A stretch of DNA of 60,372 nucleotides from NCBI GenBank assembly GCA_049599895.1, contig JBMYPC010000002.1, positions 1 through 60,372 on the forward strand, written 5' to 3'. The DNA is from Bacteriovoracaceae bacterium. GTDB taxonomy: Bacteria > Bdellovibrionota > Bacteriovoracia > Bacteriovoracales > Bacteriovoracaceae. Below are positions 20,370 to 29,665 of the stretch, in pieces. Position numbers and translations under genes: made by a program. Position 1 is the stretch's first letter. Each line of letters opens with the position of its first letter. Below the pieces are notes generated by a model. It ran no database searches and was not told the DNA's origin. It saw only the letters and a program-made list of their open reading frames with translations.

Positions 20370-21320
20370 ATGTTCCCACAAAGATCCAAAGACCTCTGTA
20401 AGCTCTTAAATATTCAATTTCCTATTATTCAAGGTGGTATGGTTTGGGTCTCAGGGGCCAAACTCGCAGCAGCTTCAAGTAACGCTGGAATCCTTGGAAC
20501 CATAGGCGCAGGATCTATGAAACCTGAACTTCTTAAAGAACACATTAAAAAATTTCAAACCCTCTCAGAAGCCCCCCTAGCGGTTAATGTTCCACTTCTC
20601 TACCACCAAGCCGAGGAGCAAATTCAAACCGCTTTAGATCTCGGAGTAAAAATCTTTATCACCTCTGCAGGCTCACCGAAAAAATACACTCGTTTTCTAA
20701 AAGACAAGGGCTGCCTTGTGGGTCACGTTACTGCTCATCCTGAGCTTGCCAAGAAAGTCGAAGCTTCTGGATGTGATTTTGTTATTGCCGAAGGTTTTGA
20801 GGCCGGGGGTCATAACGGCAGAGATGAGATCACCACATTGGCCTTAATTCCACAGGTCCTAGATGCGGTCTCTCTTCCAGTTGTGGCTGCTGGCGGATTT
20901 GCAACCGGAAAGTCATTAATGTCAGGTCTGGCCCTCGGAGCAGCGGGAATCCAAATGGGCACCAGGTTTGTCTGTGCTTTAGAATCAAGTGCCCATGAAA
21001 ACTTTAAAAATGCGATCATCGATGGAAAAGCTGGATCGACTAAGCTTTGCATGAAGGAACTTGTTCCAGTAAGACTCCTTGATAATAAGTTCTCAAAAGA
21101 AATCCAAGCTCTTGAGTCGGCCTGCGCCTCTTCAGAAAAGCTTAAAGAACATCTTGGTAAAGGTCGTGCAAGAGAGGGTATGCTCTATGGTGACATCGAA
21201 GAAGGTGAACTTGAAATAGGACAAGTTTCCGGACTTATAAATTCAACTATTCCGACTCAAAAAATTGTTGAGCAAATCATCCGTGAATACCAAGAAACCC
21301 TCACTGAATTTACCTTTTAG
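20370..21320 (+). CDS. Nitronate monooxygenase / FabK-like flavoprotein
   Basis: PIIQGGMVWVSG, AEGFEAGGHNG, PVVAAGG, GIQMGTRF, GELEIGQ. Confidence 0.88.
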   Translation: MFPQRSKDLCKLLNIQFPIIQGGMVWVSGAKLAAASSNAGILGTIGAGSMKPELLKEHIKKFQTLSEAPLAVNVPLLYHQAEEQIQTALDLGVKIFITSAGSPKKYTRFLKDKGCLVGHVTAHPELAKKVEASGCDFVIAEGFEAGGHNGRDEITTLALIPQVLDAVSLPVVAAGGFATGKSLMSGLALGAAGIQMGTRFVCALESSAHENFKNAIIDGKAGSTKLCMKELVPVRLLDNKFSKEIQALESACASSEKLKEHLGKGRAREGMLYGDIEEGELEIGQVSGLINSTIPTQKIVEQIIREYQETLTEFTF

Positions 21321-21801
21321 CTTCACATTTTAGGTGACAATGATGGGAAAATTATTGGAGACCTTCCCAAGGCCTTACAGCAAGAACTAAAAACTTATAT
21401 GAACATTAAGCTCATTCAGGGTCTTCCCGTTTTTTAATCTTTGTTCAAATAACTGTTTAAAGAAAGTCGCTAAAAATCTTGAGCAAGTTTTCTACTCTCC
21501 AGGACAACCAATTATTCAAACCGGTGAAATTGGTGAGGAAATGTTTATTATTGCTCATGGTGAAGTTGATATTATCATTGGTGATGCAAAGAGAGTCGCC
21601 TCATTAAAATCCGGTCAGCTTTTCGCAGAAGCAGCTCTTCTTCAAGAAACCACAAGAAACGCCGATGTACGGGCTTCTTCCTATTGTGACCTCTATAAAT
21701 TAAACAAAACCGACTTTCTCACCATTATTCAGAAATATCCTGAACTATTGCGCAACATGCAATCAAAGCTCGATCTTCGAAGTGTTCGAAAAGCAGCGTA
21801 A
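21321..21801 (+). pseudogene. Truncated, frameshifted C-linker + cyclic-nucleotide-binding domain (CNG channel remnant)
   Basis: One frame gives IGDLPKALQQELKTYMNIKLIQGLPVF*; +1 shift at T6 (21430-21435) continues NLCSNNCLKKVAKNLEQVFYSPGQPIIQTGEIGEEMFII...FAEAALL..TRNADVRA..YCDLYKL; no TM domain upstream. Confidence 0.72.
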
Positions 21802-21823
21802 AATTATGCTAAAATTGCAAGGT

Positions 21824-21991
21824 ATGGACTGGGAATTTCTATTCAATACCGTAGGGAACCAATTCCAAACTTTTTGGCATTGGTTTTTTAATAATACACC
21901 CTACTTTCTACTTGCAGGTCTCTATCTGCAAGCCGTAAAATTAATTTTCAAAAAGCGAAAAATCATAAGCAAACCCAAGCAAAAAGACTAA
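21824..21991 (+). CDS. Small hypothetical membrane protein
   Basis: 55 aa, aromatic amphipathic N-terminus, one hydrophobic segment, Lys-rich tail; TGcTAAAAT 8 nt upstream. Confidence 0.45.
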   Translation: MDWEFLFNTVGNQFQTFWHWFFNNTPYFLLAGLYLQAVKLIFKKRKIISKPKQKD

Positions 21992-22025
21992 TCGCCCAAA
22001 ACAACAAGCAACTTTTGGAGAATTT

Positions 22026-23417
22026 ATGCTTAACCCTGAAATTGCCAATAAGGTTATCGACCACGCTCTATCAAATGGAGCAAGCTTCTGTGATATCTTT
22101 GTTGAAAAGAATCATGCTTCAACAATCCAAATTTTAAGTTCTGAAGTGAATGAGATTCAATCTGGTATCGACTTTGGAATCGGCATCCGTCTAGTCTATG
22201 GAACTGATGTCGTTTATGGTTACACAAATAGCCTCGATCAAAATGACCTTATTGGCCTCACTCAAAATCTTGCGACTTTATACAAGGACAAAAACTCACC
22301 TCAGGCTGAGGCGATTAAATTTAAATTACAATCGCCAACAGATCTTCACCCAACAAAGCTTGATCTTGATAGTGAAGTCCCTCTTGATGATAAAGTCCGC
22401 TACTACCTTAAAGTTGATAAGTGGGCCCGAGAAGAAAGTGAAAAGATTGGCCAGGTTAACGTGAGAGGAATTCAAAGAAAACAAGAAGTGGAAATCTTCA
22501 ACTCTGAAGGTCTCGCAATTGCCGACACTCGAAACTATATCCGTGTAGGAATGATGGTTATCGCTCAAGATGGAGCAGAACAACAAAGTGCCTTCGAAGG
22601 ACCTGGAGGTTTACTCGGTTGGGAATTCACCAATAACTTTGACATTAAATCATCAGTTAAAGATGTTGCTCGCACAGCTCTTATCAAACTTGATGCTAAA
22701 GCTTGTCCAGGTGGAAAACTTCCAGTCATTATCGACAATGGTTTTGGTGGAGTTATTTTTCATGAGGCCTGTGGTCACCTTCTTGAAACGACTTCTGTTG
22801 CTAAAAAGGCGTCTGTCTTCCACGACAAAATGGGAGAAATGATCGCTTCAAATGTCCTTAGCGCCGTTGATGACGGAACCATTAAAAATGAATGGGGATC
22901 AATAAATATCGATGACGAAGGAATGGAAACCCAAAAAACTCAACTCATTAAAGACGGAAAGCTTACGGCCTTTCTCTCAGATCGAATTGGTGCCGAAAAA
23001 GTGGGTGTTCCAAGATCTGGTTCAGCAAGAAGACAAAACTATAAATTTGCCCCAGCAAGCCGAATGCGAAATACCTATATTGAATCAGGAAATGACTCAT
23101 TCGAGGACATGGTTCAAAGTATTGAGCATGGAATCTATTGTAAAAAAATGGGCGGAGGCTCAGTTCTACCAGGTACAGGAGAGTTTAACTTTGCAGCTGA
23201 TGAAAGTTATCTCATTGAAAATGGGAAAATCACTGACCCTCTGAAATCAGCAACACTTATTGGAAAAGGTTCTGAAATCTTAACTAAGATTTCAATGATC
23301 TCCGACAATCTCAAACTAACTCCGGGGATGTGCGGATCTGTTAGTGGAGCTGTTCCAACAACTGTAGGACAACCAGCAATCAAAGTTGATGAAATTCTAG
23401 TAGGAGGTCAATCATGA
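22026..23417 (+). CDS. tldD: TldD metalloprotease subunit
   Basis: GIGIR, HEACGHLLE (HExxxH), IDDEG, GSARRQ, SRMRNT, GMCG, PTTVGQP. Confidence 0.93.
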   Translation: MLNPEIANKVIDHALSNGASFCDIFVEKNHASTIQILSSEVNEIQSGIDFGIGIRLVYGTDVVYGYTNSLDQNDLIGLTQNLATLYKDKNSPQAEAIKFKLQSPTDLHPTKLDLDSEVPLDDKVRYYLKVDKWAREESEKIGQVNVRGIQRKQEVEIFNSEGLAIADTRNYIRVGMMVIAQDGAEQQSAFEGPGGLLGWEFTNNFDIKSSVKDVARTALIKLDAKACPGGKLPVIIDNGFGGVIFHEACGHLLETTSVAKKASVFHDKMGEMIASNVLSAVDDGTIKNEWGSINIDDEGMETQKTQLIKDGKLTAFLSDRIGAEKVGVPRSGSARRQNYKFAPASRMRNTYIESGNDSFEDMVQSIEHGIYCKKMGGGSVLPGTGEFNFAADESYLIENGKITDPLKSATLIGKGSEILTKISMISDNLKLTPGMCGSVSGAVPTTVGQPAIKVDEILVGGQS

Positions 23418-24775
23418 GTTTAGAAACAGCAAATCAATTTTCACTCAAGCCTTCAATGGAAAAGATTCTTCAATTGGCAAAAGATCAAGGAATCGTTCAG
23501 TGTGAAGTTCTTGCTTCAAAAGCCAAAAGTACTTCTCTTAAGGCCAATGAAGGAAAACTTGATGAATACAAAATTTCAGCTCCACAAATTTTAGGAGTAA
23601 GGCTCATCAAAGATCAAAAAGTGGGTCTCGCCTATTCAGAAAGTTCTGATGATGAATCCCTTAAGACATTAGTCAAAACAGCAATTGAAAATTCTCAATT
23701 TTCTAAAACAAATCTTTATGAAGAAATTCAAGAGAATGAGAAAAGGTCTTGCACAGAGGATTATTACAATTCAAAAGAAGATGTCTCTCTTGAAAATATG
23801 ATCCAGTTTACCCTCGATCTCGAAAAGACACCTCTTGCTATGGACAAAAGGGTTCAAAGCGCCCCTTACAATAATCTCAGCAATTCTACGTCTGAACACA
23901 TGCTCTTAAATTCAAAGGGCACAGAATGTTATGACAAGAGAAACTTTTATACCTGTTACACGTCGGCACTGATTAAAGATGGTGATCAGCAGGCCATGCA
24001 TTATTACGGCATGAGTTCACCAAATTATAATGATCTTAGTGTTGAAACTGTTTCAAAAGAAAGTGTTCTTCATGCGGCTAACTTTCTTGAAGCCAAACCT
24101 TTAAAAAGCGGAAGTTATGATGTCATCTTTGATATCGATGTTCTTGCCAGTCTTTTTGGAACATTTGCCATTGTCACAAACGGAAAACAGGCCCAAGAAG
24201 GTCTCAACCCTTGGCGAGAAAAACTTTCTCAAGAAGTAATTGATTCGCGAATAAGCCTTATTGATGATCCGACTCTTTTAAAAGGCTATGGTTATGGCCT
24301 TTTTGATGATGAAGGAACTCCAACTCAAAGACTCCCAATGATTGAAAATGGGACCTTGAAAACTTTTCTTCATAACTCATCAACCGCAAACTACTTTAAA
24401 ACAAAATCCACTGGACATGCATCAAGATCAGCAAAGTCAGGTCTCTCAATTACTCGAAGCAATCTTGTCATCACAAGTTCTTCAAGTGCAGACCAAGATG
24501 AACTTTACTCTGGAAAGCTCTTAAAAGTGATTTCAGTGCAAGGTCTAGGCTCAGGGAGTAATCCTATTAGTGGAGACTTTTCTTTTGCCGCTTCAGGATA
24601 CCTTCTCGATAACAATGAACAAACTCAGGTTGTTAAGGAAGTCACAATCAGTGGTAACTGGTACTCAATCTTAAAAGACCAAATCGGCTCTATCGGAAAT
24701 ACCCAAATGATGGACTCTGGAAGAAGAACTTTTTCTCCTGAGATTCGTTTTACAGGACTAACTGTCTCTGGTTAG
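23414..24775 (+). CDS. pmbA: TldE/PmbA subunit
   Basis: Overlaps tldD stop (ATGA); LGVR, FDDEG.PT, STGHASR, SGDFSFAASG; lacks HExxxH. Confidence 0.9.
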   Translation: MSLETANQFSLKPSMEKILQLAKDQGIVQCEVLASKAKSTSLKANEGKLDEYKISAPQILGVRLIKDQKVGLAYSESSDDESLKTLVKTAIENSQFSKTNLYEEIQENEKRSCTEDYYNSKEDVSLENMIQFTLDLEKTPLAMDKRVQSAPYNNLSNSTSEHMLLNSKGTECYDKRNFYTCYTSALIKDGDQQAMHYYGMSSPNYNDLSVETVSKESVLHAANFLEAKPLKSGSYDVIFDIDVLASLFGTFAIVTNGKQAQEGLNPWREKLSQEVIDSRISLIDDPTLLKGYGYGLFDDEGTPTQRLPMIENGTLKTFLHNSSTANYFKTKSTGHASRSAKSGLSITRSNLVITSSSSADQDELYSGKLLKVISVQGLGSGSNPISGDFSFAASGYLLDNNEQTQVVKEVTISGNWYSILKDQIGSIGNTQMMDSGRRTFSPEIRFTGLTVSG

Positions 24776-24779
24776 AGAA

Positions 24780-26108
24780 TTAGCGGTTTTCAGGATGAAA
24801 GCTTGGATCTTTCTCCCAAATGGCATAGTCTTGTCCCGAGAGAACGAACTTCCATTCTGGTCCTGGTGACCAATTTGAAGGACCAAGCTTTAAAAGAGTG
24901 TGATCATCAATCTCAGCAACATAGAGACCGACTCTTGCCTCTTTGATCACAAGCTTTGAATCATTTTTAATATTCTTGCGTTTACGGTACTGAACCAGTG
25001 CCGTAATTGGACTCTTTAAACGCCAAAAGAAAAAGTGATCATAGAAAACCACAGGAGTCCCTGGATGAGTCAGGATATAGGCATAACCCATCATCACTTG
25101 CTCACGACTACCAAACGGCCAATGACCTTGAGTTGAGCCAGTGTCATGATTATCAATAAACGTCACCGCTTTTGATGGCCACCAACCAAGAACACCAGTT
25201 GCTTTACCGTTTGAATCTTTTAATCGCCAATATTCACTAGTTCGAACTGACTCTTGAAGAATTCCCTTTGTCGTAAAATCAAAGGCCATAGAAGCCTCTT
25301 CAGGAGTAAGACCATGAGATTTCCAAGTGGAGTCAATCCAATTCACAATGGCCTTTCTATGAAAGTCTTGATCAGGACATAAAGTTGTCCCTCCACAATA
25401 GCCCATTGATGTCCAATACTCGCCAATACTAATTGTTGGCGATGAAGCTTTGTTAAGAAAACCAACAAACTCTCCCGTGTATCCCTTTACATAATCGTAG
25501 CGCCAACCATCAAAGCCAACTTCCTCTTTAAGAAGCTTTAGATACTTTTTGAAATCAGCTCTAACTACTGCATTCATAATGTCGATATCAAAAGCATAAC
25601 GATAGTCTTCACCTGAATCGCGGTTCCCATGACCGTCTTGACCAACTCCACTTGTAAAGGCCCAAAGACCCCAATCAAAGTCTGTGAAACGAGCAAAGCG
25701 GTTATCTCCGTAATGACCATTCTCATAATAAGAAACGCCTCTGTGATTTAAAACAAGATCTGCGATGGTCTTAACATTAAGAGATTTATAAATTGAAACG
25801 AGGTTTTGAAGATCTTGTCGACTCCCATAACTTGAGTTGAGATCCATATAACCAATTGGAATGTAGCCACGAGAATGAGGATACATTCCCTCACCATCAT
25901 AGGCCTTTGAAGCAGGTGGTAGCCAAACTCCAGTGAAGCCAGATCTTGAGACTTCATTCGCTGTCTGCATCAGGTCCTTATAATGATCTTCACTATAAGA
26001 TTCCCAGTTAAACCCTTGAAGAAGAATTTCATCATTTGAGAGAGTAAAAGCACTTAGGTTGAAACTAATAAAAAGAAAGAAAAAGGTTATGAGCGCTCTA
26101 ATATGCAT
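24780..26108 (-). CDS. Secreted alpha-amylase, GH13, plant-like
   Basis: EILLQGFNWES, DLVLNHR, GWRYDYVKGY, GEYW, FDFTTKGILQ, FIDNHDTGSTQGHWPF, YILTHPGTP. Confidence 0.9.
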   Translation of the reverse strand: MHIRALITFFFLFISFNLSAFTLSNDEILLQGFNWESYSEDHYKDLMQTANEVSRSGFTGVWLPPASKAYDGEGMYPHSRGYIPIGYMDLNSSYGSRQDLQNLVSIYKSLNVKTIADLVLNHRGVSYYENGHYGDNRFARFTDFDWGLWAFTSGVGQDGHGNRDSGEDYRYAFDIDIMNAVVRADFKKYLKLLKEEVGFDGWRYDYVKGYTGEFVGFLNKASSPTISIGEYWTSMGYCGGTTLCPDQDFHRKAIVNWIDSTWKSHGLTPEEASMAFDFTTKGILQESVRTSEYWRLKDSNGKATGVLGWWPSKAVTFIDNHDTGSTQGHWPFGSREQVMMGYAYILTHPGTPVVFYDHFFFWRLKSPITALVQYRKRKNIKNDSKLVIKEARVGLYVAEIDDHTLLKLGPSNWSPGPEWKFVLSGQDYAIWEKDPSFHPENR

Positions 26109-26273
26109 TGACTTGTCCCGTTATTTCAATAAGTTAGGTGTGTTTAGTTTTCAAACCTATGCATATTAATCGTAACGATTGAGATAGACAAAGCTTGGGA
26201 GCTTACTAGCTGCATTAAATAGTTGAAATAACAACAAGTGTAAGACTATGTTAGTCAGGTATATTCTTCCGCT

Positions 26274-27626
26274 TTAAAGAGCAACCTTCTTAATGGCCTC
26301 TTCTCTCATTTTCTCTCGCGTCCCAGGGTCTTTCCACCTCAGCTGGGCCTCTTTTGAGAGCTTGTGAATGGGATCGTAATAAGTAAAAACCTTACCTGGT
26401 TTCACATAAGGCGCTGACCAAACAGAAATACCATTTTCTTCATCGTAGTATTCATAAGAGGCCACATGCCTCTTACCACCACCACCAGGTAGATCAGTCA
26501 CAAAAGTTGGAGTATTGAAACCAGCAGTTGTTCCCCTAACCGCCTTTTCCAATTCTTCAGCTTCTCTTACAGTTGTTCTAAAATGTTCACATCCAGGAAC
26601 CATATCATGAACATAAACGTAATAAGGTTGGATGTTCATAAAGCCCAATTGTCTGGTCAGAAGAACCATTTCATCCACATGGTTATTAACACCTTCTTGA
26701 AGAACAGCTTGATTTCTCACAAGAATTCCAGCACTAAAAAGTCGCTCCATGGCCATTAATGACCATTTCGTAATTTCTTTTGGTGACGAAAAGTGAGTAT
26801 GGATCACAACTTGCTTACCAAAGGCACGACCAAGTTTATGAATATCAACTACCGCCTGAAACCAATCATCATCGGTGAGAATCTTCATTGGGAAAATAGC
26901 AATCCCCTTGGTGGCCAAACGAATTCTTCTAATATGAGGGATCTTGAGAAGGTTTTCTCCAATATAGCGAATCTGCTTAGCATTGAGCATATAAGAGTCA
27001 CCACCTGAGATCACAACATCCTCTACTAAAGGCGATCTTGTAAGGTAATCAAAAACATCGTCCCATTTCTTTTGGTTGGCGCCATAGGTTTCTTTTTCAA
27101 TGGAATCAGTAGAGCCACCAATTATTCGAGAACGGGTACAGTATGAACAATAAACCGGACAAATTGTTGTCGGTAAAAATAAAACTTTATCTGGATAACG
27201 ATGAGTCAGCATCGGAACTGGAGAGTCGACATCTTCACTTAAGGAGTCGGCCATATGAAAAGGATGATCTTCTAAAAATTGAGATCCTACGGGAAGAAAT
27301 TGTTTTCTAAGAGGGTCATCAAGGGGATTGTCCCAGTCAATAAGACCAAACATATAAGGAGTAATCCTTATGTTCATTGGAGTTTTCTTTTGGCCTTCCA
27401 AAAGATCGGCCATAAAATCTTTTGAAAGCCTAGGCCCTAATAATTTTTCCAACTGAGCAATCTTCGTCACACTGTTTTTAAGCTGCCATTTATGATCAGC
27501 AAAATCTCCTCGGGAAACATTTGACCAAGCTGGAATTTGCTTCCAAAAGTCATCATTTCGAAAGTTTCGATGCTGTAATTCAGGTATTTTATTATGATCA
27601 GTTTCGGCCTTTAATAAATTGGACAT
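26274..27626 (-). CDS. kamA: KamA-family radical SAM/PLP aminomutase (lysine 2,3-aminomutase-like)
   Basis: PLRKQF, HRYPDKVL, CPVYCSYC, VISGGD, NQAVL..GVN, PYYVYVHD, PGGGGK PLP lysine; substrate not determinable. Confidence 0.85.
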   Translation of the reverse strand: MSNLLKAETDHNKIPELQHRNFRNDDFWKQIPAWSNVSRGDFADHKWQLKNSVTKIAQLEKLLGPRLSKDFMADLLEGQKKTPMNIRITPYMFGLIDWDNPLDDPLRKQFLPVGSQFLEDHPFHMADSLSEDVDSPVPMLTHRYPDKVLFLPTTICPVYCSYCTRSRIIGGSTDSIEKETYGANQKKWDDVFDYLTRSPLVEDVVISGGDSYMLNAKQIRYIGENLLKIPHIRRIRLATKGIAIFPMKILTDDDWFQAVVDIHKLGRAFGKQVVIHTHFSSPKEITKWSLMAMERLFSAGILVRNQAVLQEGVNNHVDEMVLLTRQLGFMNIQPYYVYVHDMVPGCEHFRTTVREAEELEKAVRGTTAGFNTPTFVTDLPGGGGKRHVASYEYYDEENGISVWSAPYVKPGKVFTYYDPIHKLSKEAQLRWKDPGTREKMREEAIKKVAL

Positions 27627-27789
27627 AATCACTCCTTAATCTTTCCCACCACTTATAAGAATAGCATCAATTCAAAAAAGAACAAAAAAGTCGCCCTTAA
27701 CCAACCTTTTGGCTTTGTTAAAGAGTTGGAAAAACTAAGCAAATTCGGACTGTTATGGTAATTTTTTAACTCTTAAGTAAGATAAGAGT

Positions 27790-28857
27790 ATGTCTCGTTT
27801 AATTCTTCTTATTTTGTGCCTTTTTTATGCCAATAGCGCTTTTTCTATTAAAAATCTTAAAACAGATTTTAAAAGCTCCCTTAAGGCCAGCAGTCGCAAT
27901 AGTCTGACAGTCAAAAAACGAGTCTTAAGCCTCGTTCCCGAACTAAAACTACTCTACAAAATAGATGAAGACCTCCACTTTAAGGCCTACGTAGGGGCCA
28001 ACCTAGAAGCCGGCTCAAACGACTCACTTTATATTGATGAATTTGCCCCTGAAAACGAGGTTTTTATTAAAGAGGGAAAACTCAAATATTCCCCTTTTCA
28101 ATTCATCGCCCTGGATTTTGGAATCCTCAACCAGGCCCAATACCAATCACCTCTTTTTCTTTCTGATATAGGTTTTGCAGGAGTCCAAGAGAATCTCTAT
28201 TTTAAGTTTTCCAACTTCTTTTTAAAGTTTCACTTTCAACAAAGCATACCTAGTAACCAAACCCTTTCCACAAGAATTGGCGAAGTGGATGAAGGGACTC
28301 CCAGGCTTTACTCAGAGACCGTAAGCCTTGGCTTTAAAACCGACACCACTTTCCTTTCAGTATCCTATACCCATTTTGCCTTCAATAATCTCGCTGGATC
28401 TGTGGCCTATCAAAGCCGATTTATGGGGAACTCTGTATCGGGGACAGGCTTAGAGGGGGCCAATTTTCTCTATTCTTTTAAAGGTCATAGCTCTAATATT
28501 AACTTCAAGTTAAAAATGAACATCTTTAGGCTTTGGGCCTATGGACAGTACACTCATAATGACGAAGCTCCAACTTCAAGGTCAGATGGTTATTTAGGGG
28601 GACTCGTCATAGGAACGACAAGTTTTCAAGGATTGGTGGAAAGCTATCGTAATGAAACAGATGTGGTTCCCGCCTATTATAACTCCTCATTTTACGGGCA
28701 TAATAATTACGAAGGAAGAGTCTTTGGCCTAAAGATCCACAACCTGCCTAAGCTTCTTGAATTTAAGTTTCGCTACATCCAATCAAGTCTTATCGAAGAC
28801 AACCTCTATCAAGCTGATTTCGATGCTTATCGTTTAGATATTACAAAGAGCTTTTAG
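27790..28857 (+). CDS. Putative outer-membrane beta-barrel protein
   Basis: Signal peptide, alternating aromatic/hydrophobic strands, C-terminal Phe. Confidence 0.65.
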   Translation: MSRLILLILCLFYANSAFSIKNLKTDFKSSLKASSRNSLTVKKRVLSLVPELKLLYKIDEDLHFKAYVGANLEAGSNDSLYIDEFAPENEVFIKEGKLKYSPFQFIALDFGILNQAQYQSPLFLSDIGFAGVQENLYFKFSNFFLKFHFQQSIPSNQTLSTRIGEVDEGTPRLYSETVSLGFKTDTTFLSVSYTHFAFNNLAGSVAYQSRFMGNSVSGTGLEGANFLYSFKGHSSNINFKLKMNIFRLWAYGQYTHNDEAPTSRSDGYLGGLVIGTTSFQGLVESYRNETDVVPAYYNSSFYGHNNYEGRVFGLKIHNLPKLLEFKFRYIQSSLIEDNLYQADFDAYRLDITKSF

Positions 28858-28940
28858 ACCCAAGTCTTTATTGGCCTCTCTTTTTTTTACACTGACACAT
28901 ATTTCTGGTAGAGCCTTTTAAAAGATGCTACTAGTTAAAT

Positions 28941-29663
28941 ATGGGACAGTTACTTAAATATTATCGATACTTTATCTTCGCATTTCTTATGTCCATTGTC
29001 GGTGTACTTGGCATTATTATTGGAATTTTCAGACCCTTTAATAAGAATAATACCTATCCTCTAGGACTCTTTTATAGATCTCTCTCTCCGCTTTTGATGT
29101 GGGTTGATGTGGAAGTCAGAAACCGAGATATCGCCACTAAGAATCATCCCTGTGTTTTTATTGCCAACCACCAAAGCAATCTCGATGTTATGGCCGCTGC
29201 CTTTTTCTGCTTTCCAGGTATGGTGAGTTTAGGAAAAAGACAAATTCTATTCTTTCCCTTTTTTGGTCTCTTCTATTGGCTTTCAGGTCATATTCTTATT
29301 GATCGCTCTAATAGAAAAAAGGCCATCGCTTCAATGGATAAAGTCAAAAGAGCGATCCAAGAAAAAGAAACTTCTGTCATCATCATGCCTGAGGGAACTC
29401 GCTCAAAAGGAAGAGGCCTTCTGCGGTTTAAAAAAGGTGCTTTTCACACCGCACTTCACGCTGAAGTACCAATCGTTCCTATTGTCATCTCTGATCTAGA
29501 AAAAGGTTTTGATATGACCAAGTTTAAAAAAGGTAAAATCATCATTGAGTTTCTCGAGCCTATTGAAACTGGGAACTACAGTAAAGATAATGTGGGAGAA
29601 CTCTCAGATAAAGCTCGAGAAATCATGGTGAAAGAACTTGAAAGAATCAACAGCGAACTTTAA
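28941..29663 (+). CDS. plsC: 1-acyl-sn-glycerol-3-phosphate acyltransferase
   Basis: NHQSNLD, ILIDR, MPEGTRS, FKKGAF, VPIVP. Confidence 0.93.
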   Translation: MGQLLKYYRYFIFAFLMSIVGVLGIIIGIFRPFNKNNTYPLGLFYRSLSPLLMWVDVEVRNRDIATKNHPCVFIANHQSNLDVMAAAFFCFPGMVSLGKRQILFFPFFGLFYWLSGHILIDRSNRKKAIASMDKVKRAIQEKETSVIIMPEGTRSKGRGLLRFKKGAFHTALHAEVPIVPIVISDLEKGFDMTKFKKGKIIIEFLEPIETGNYSKDNVGELSDKAREIMVKELERINSEL

Positions 29664-29665
29664 AT

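Noticed and set aside
20370..21801. Amber read-through fusion of flavoprotein and CNBD
   Set aside because: Would need read-through plus a frameshift; the flavoprotein is complete at its TAG; in-frame junction has a 1-in-3 chance
21824..24775. RiPP cluster (small ORF plus TldD/E)
   Set aside because: No YcaO, radical SAM maturase or exporter in the operon; TldD/E are widespread housekeeping genes
26120..26231. Inverted repeat TTATTTCAA...TTGAAATAA as a mobile element end
   Set aside because: Short and AT-rich, better explained as IHF-like sites; no transposase or target duplication
26274..27626. EpmB (EF-P beta-lysylation)
   Set aside because: Longer than typical EpmB and no efp/epmA adjacent; left at KamA-family level
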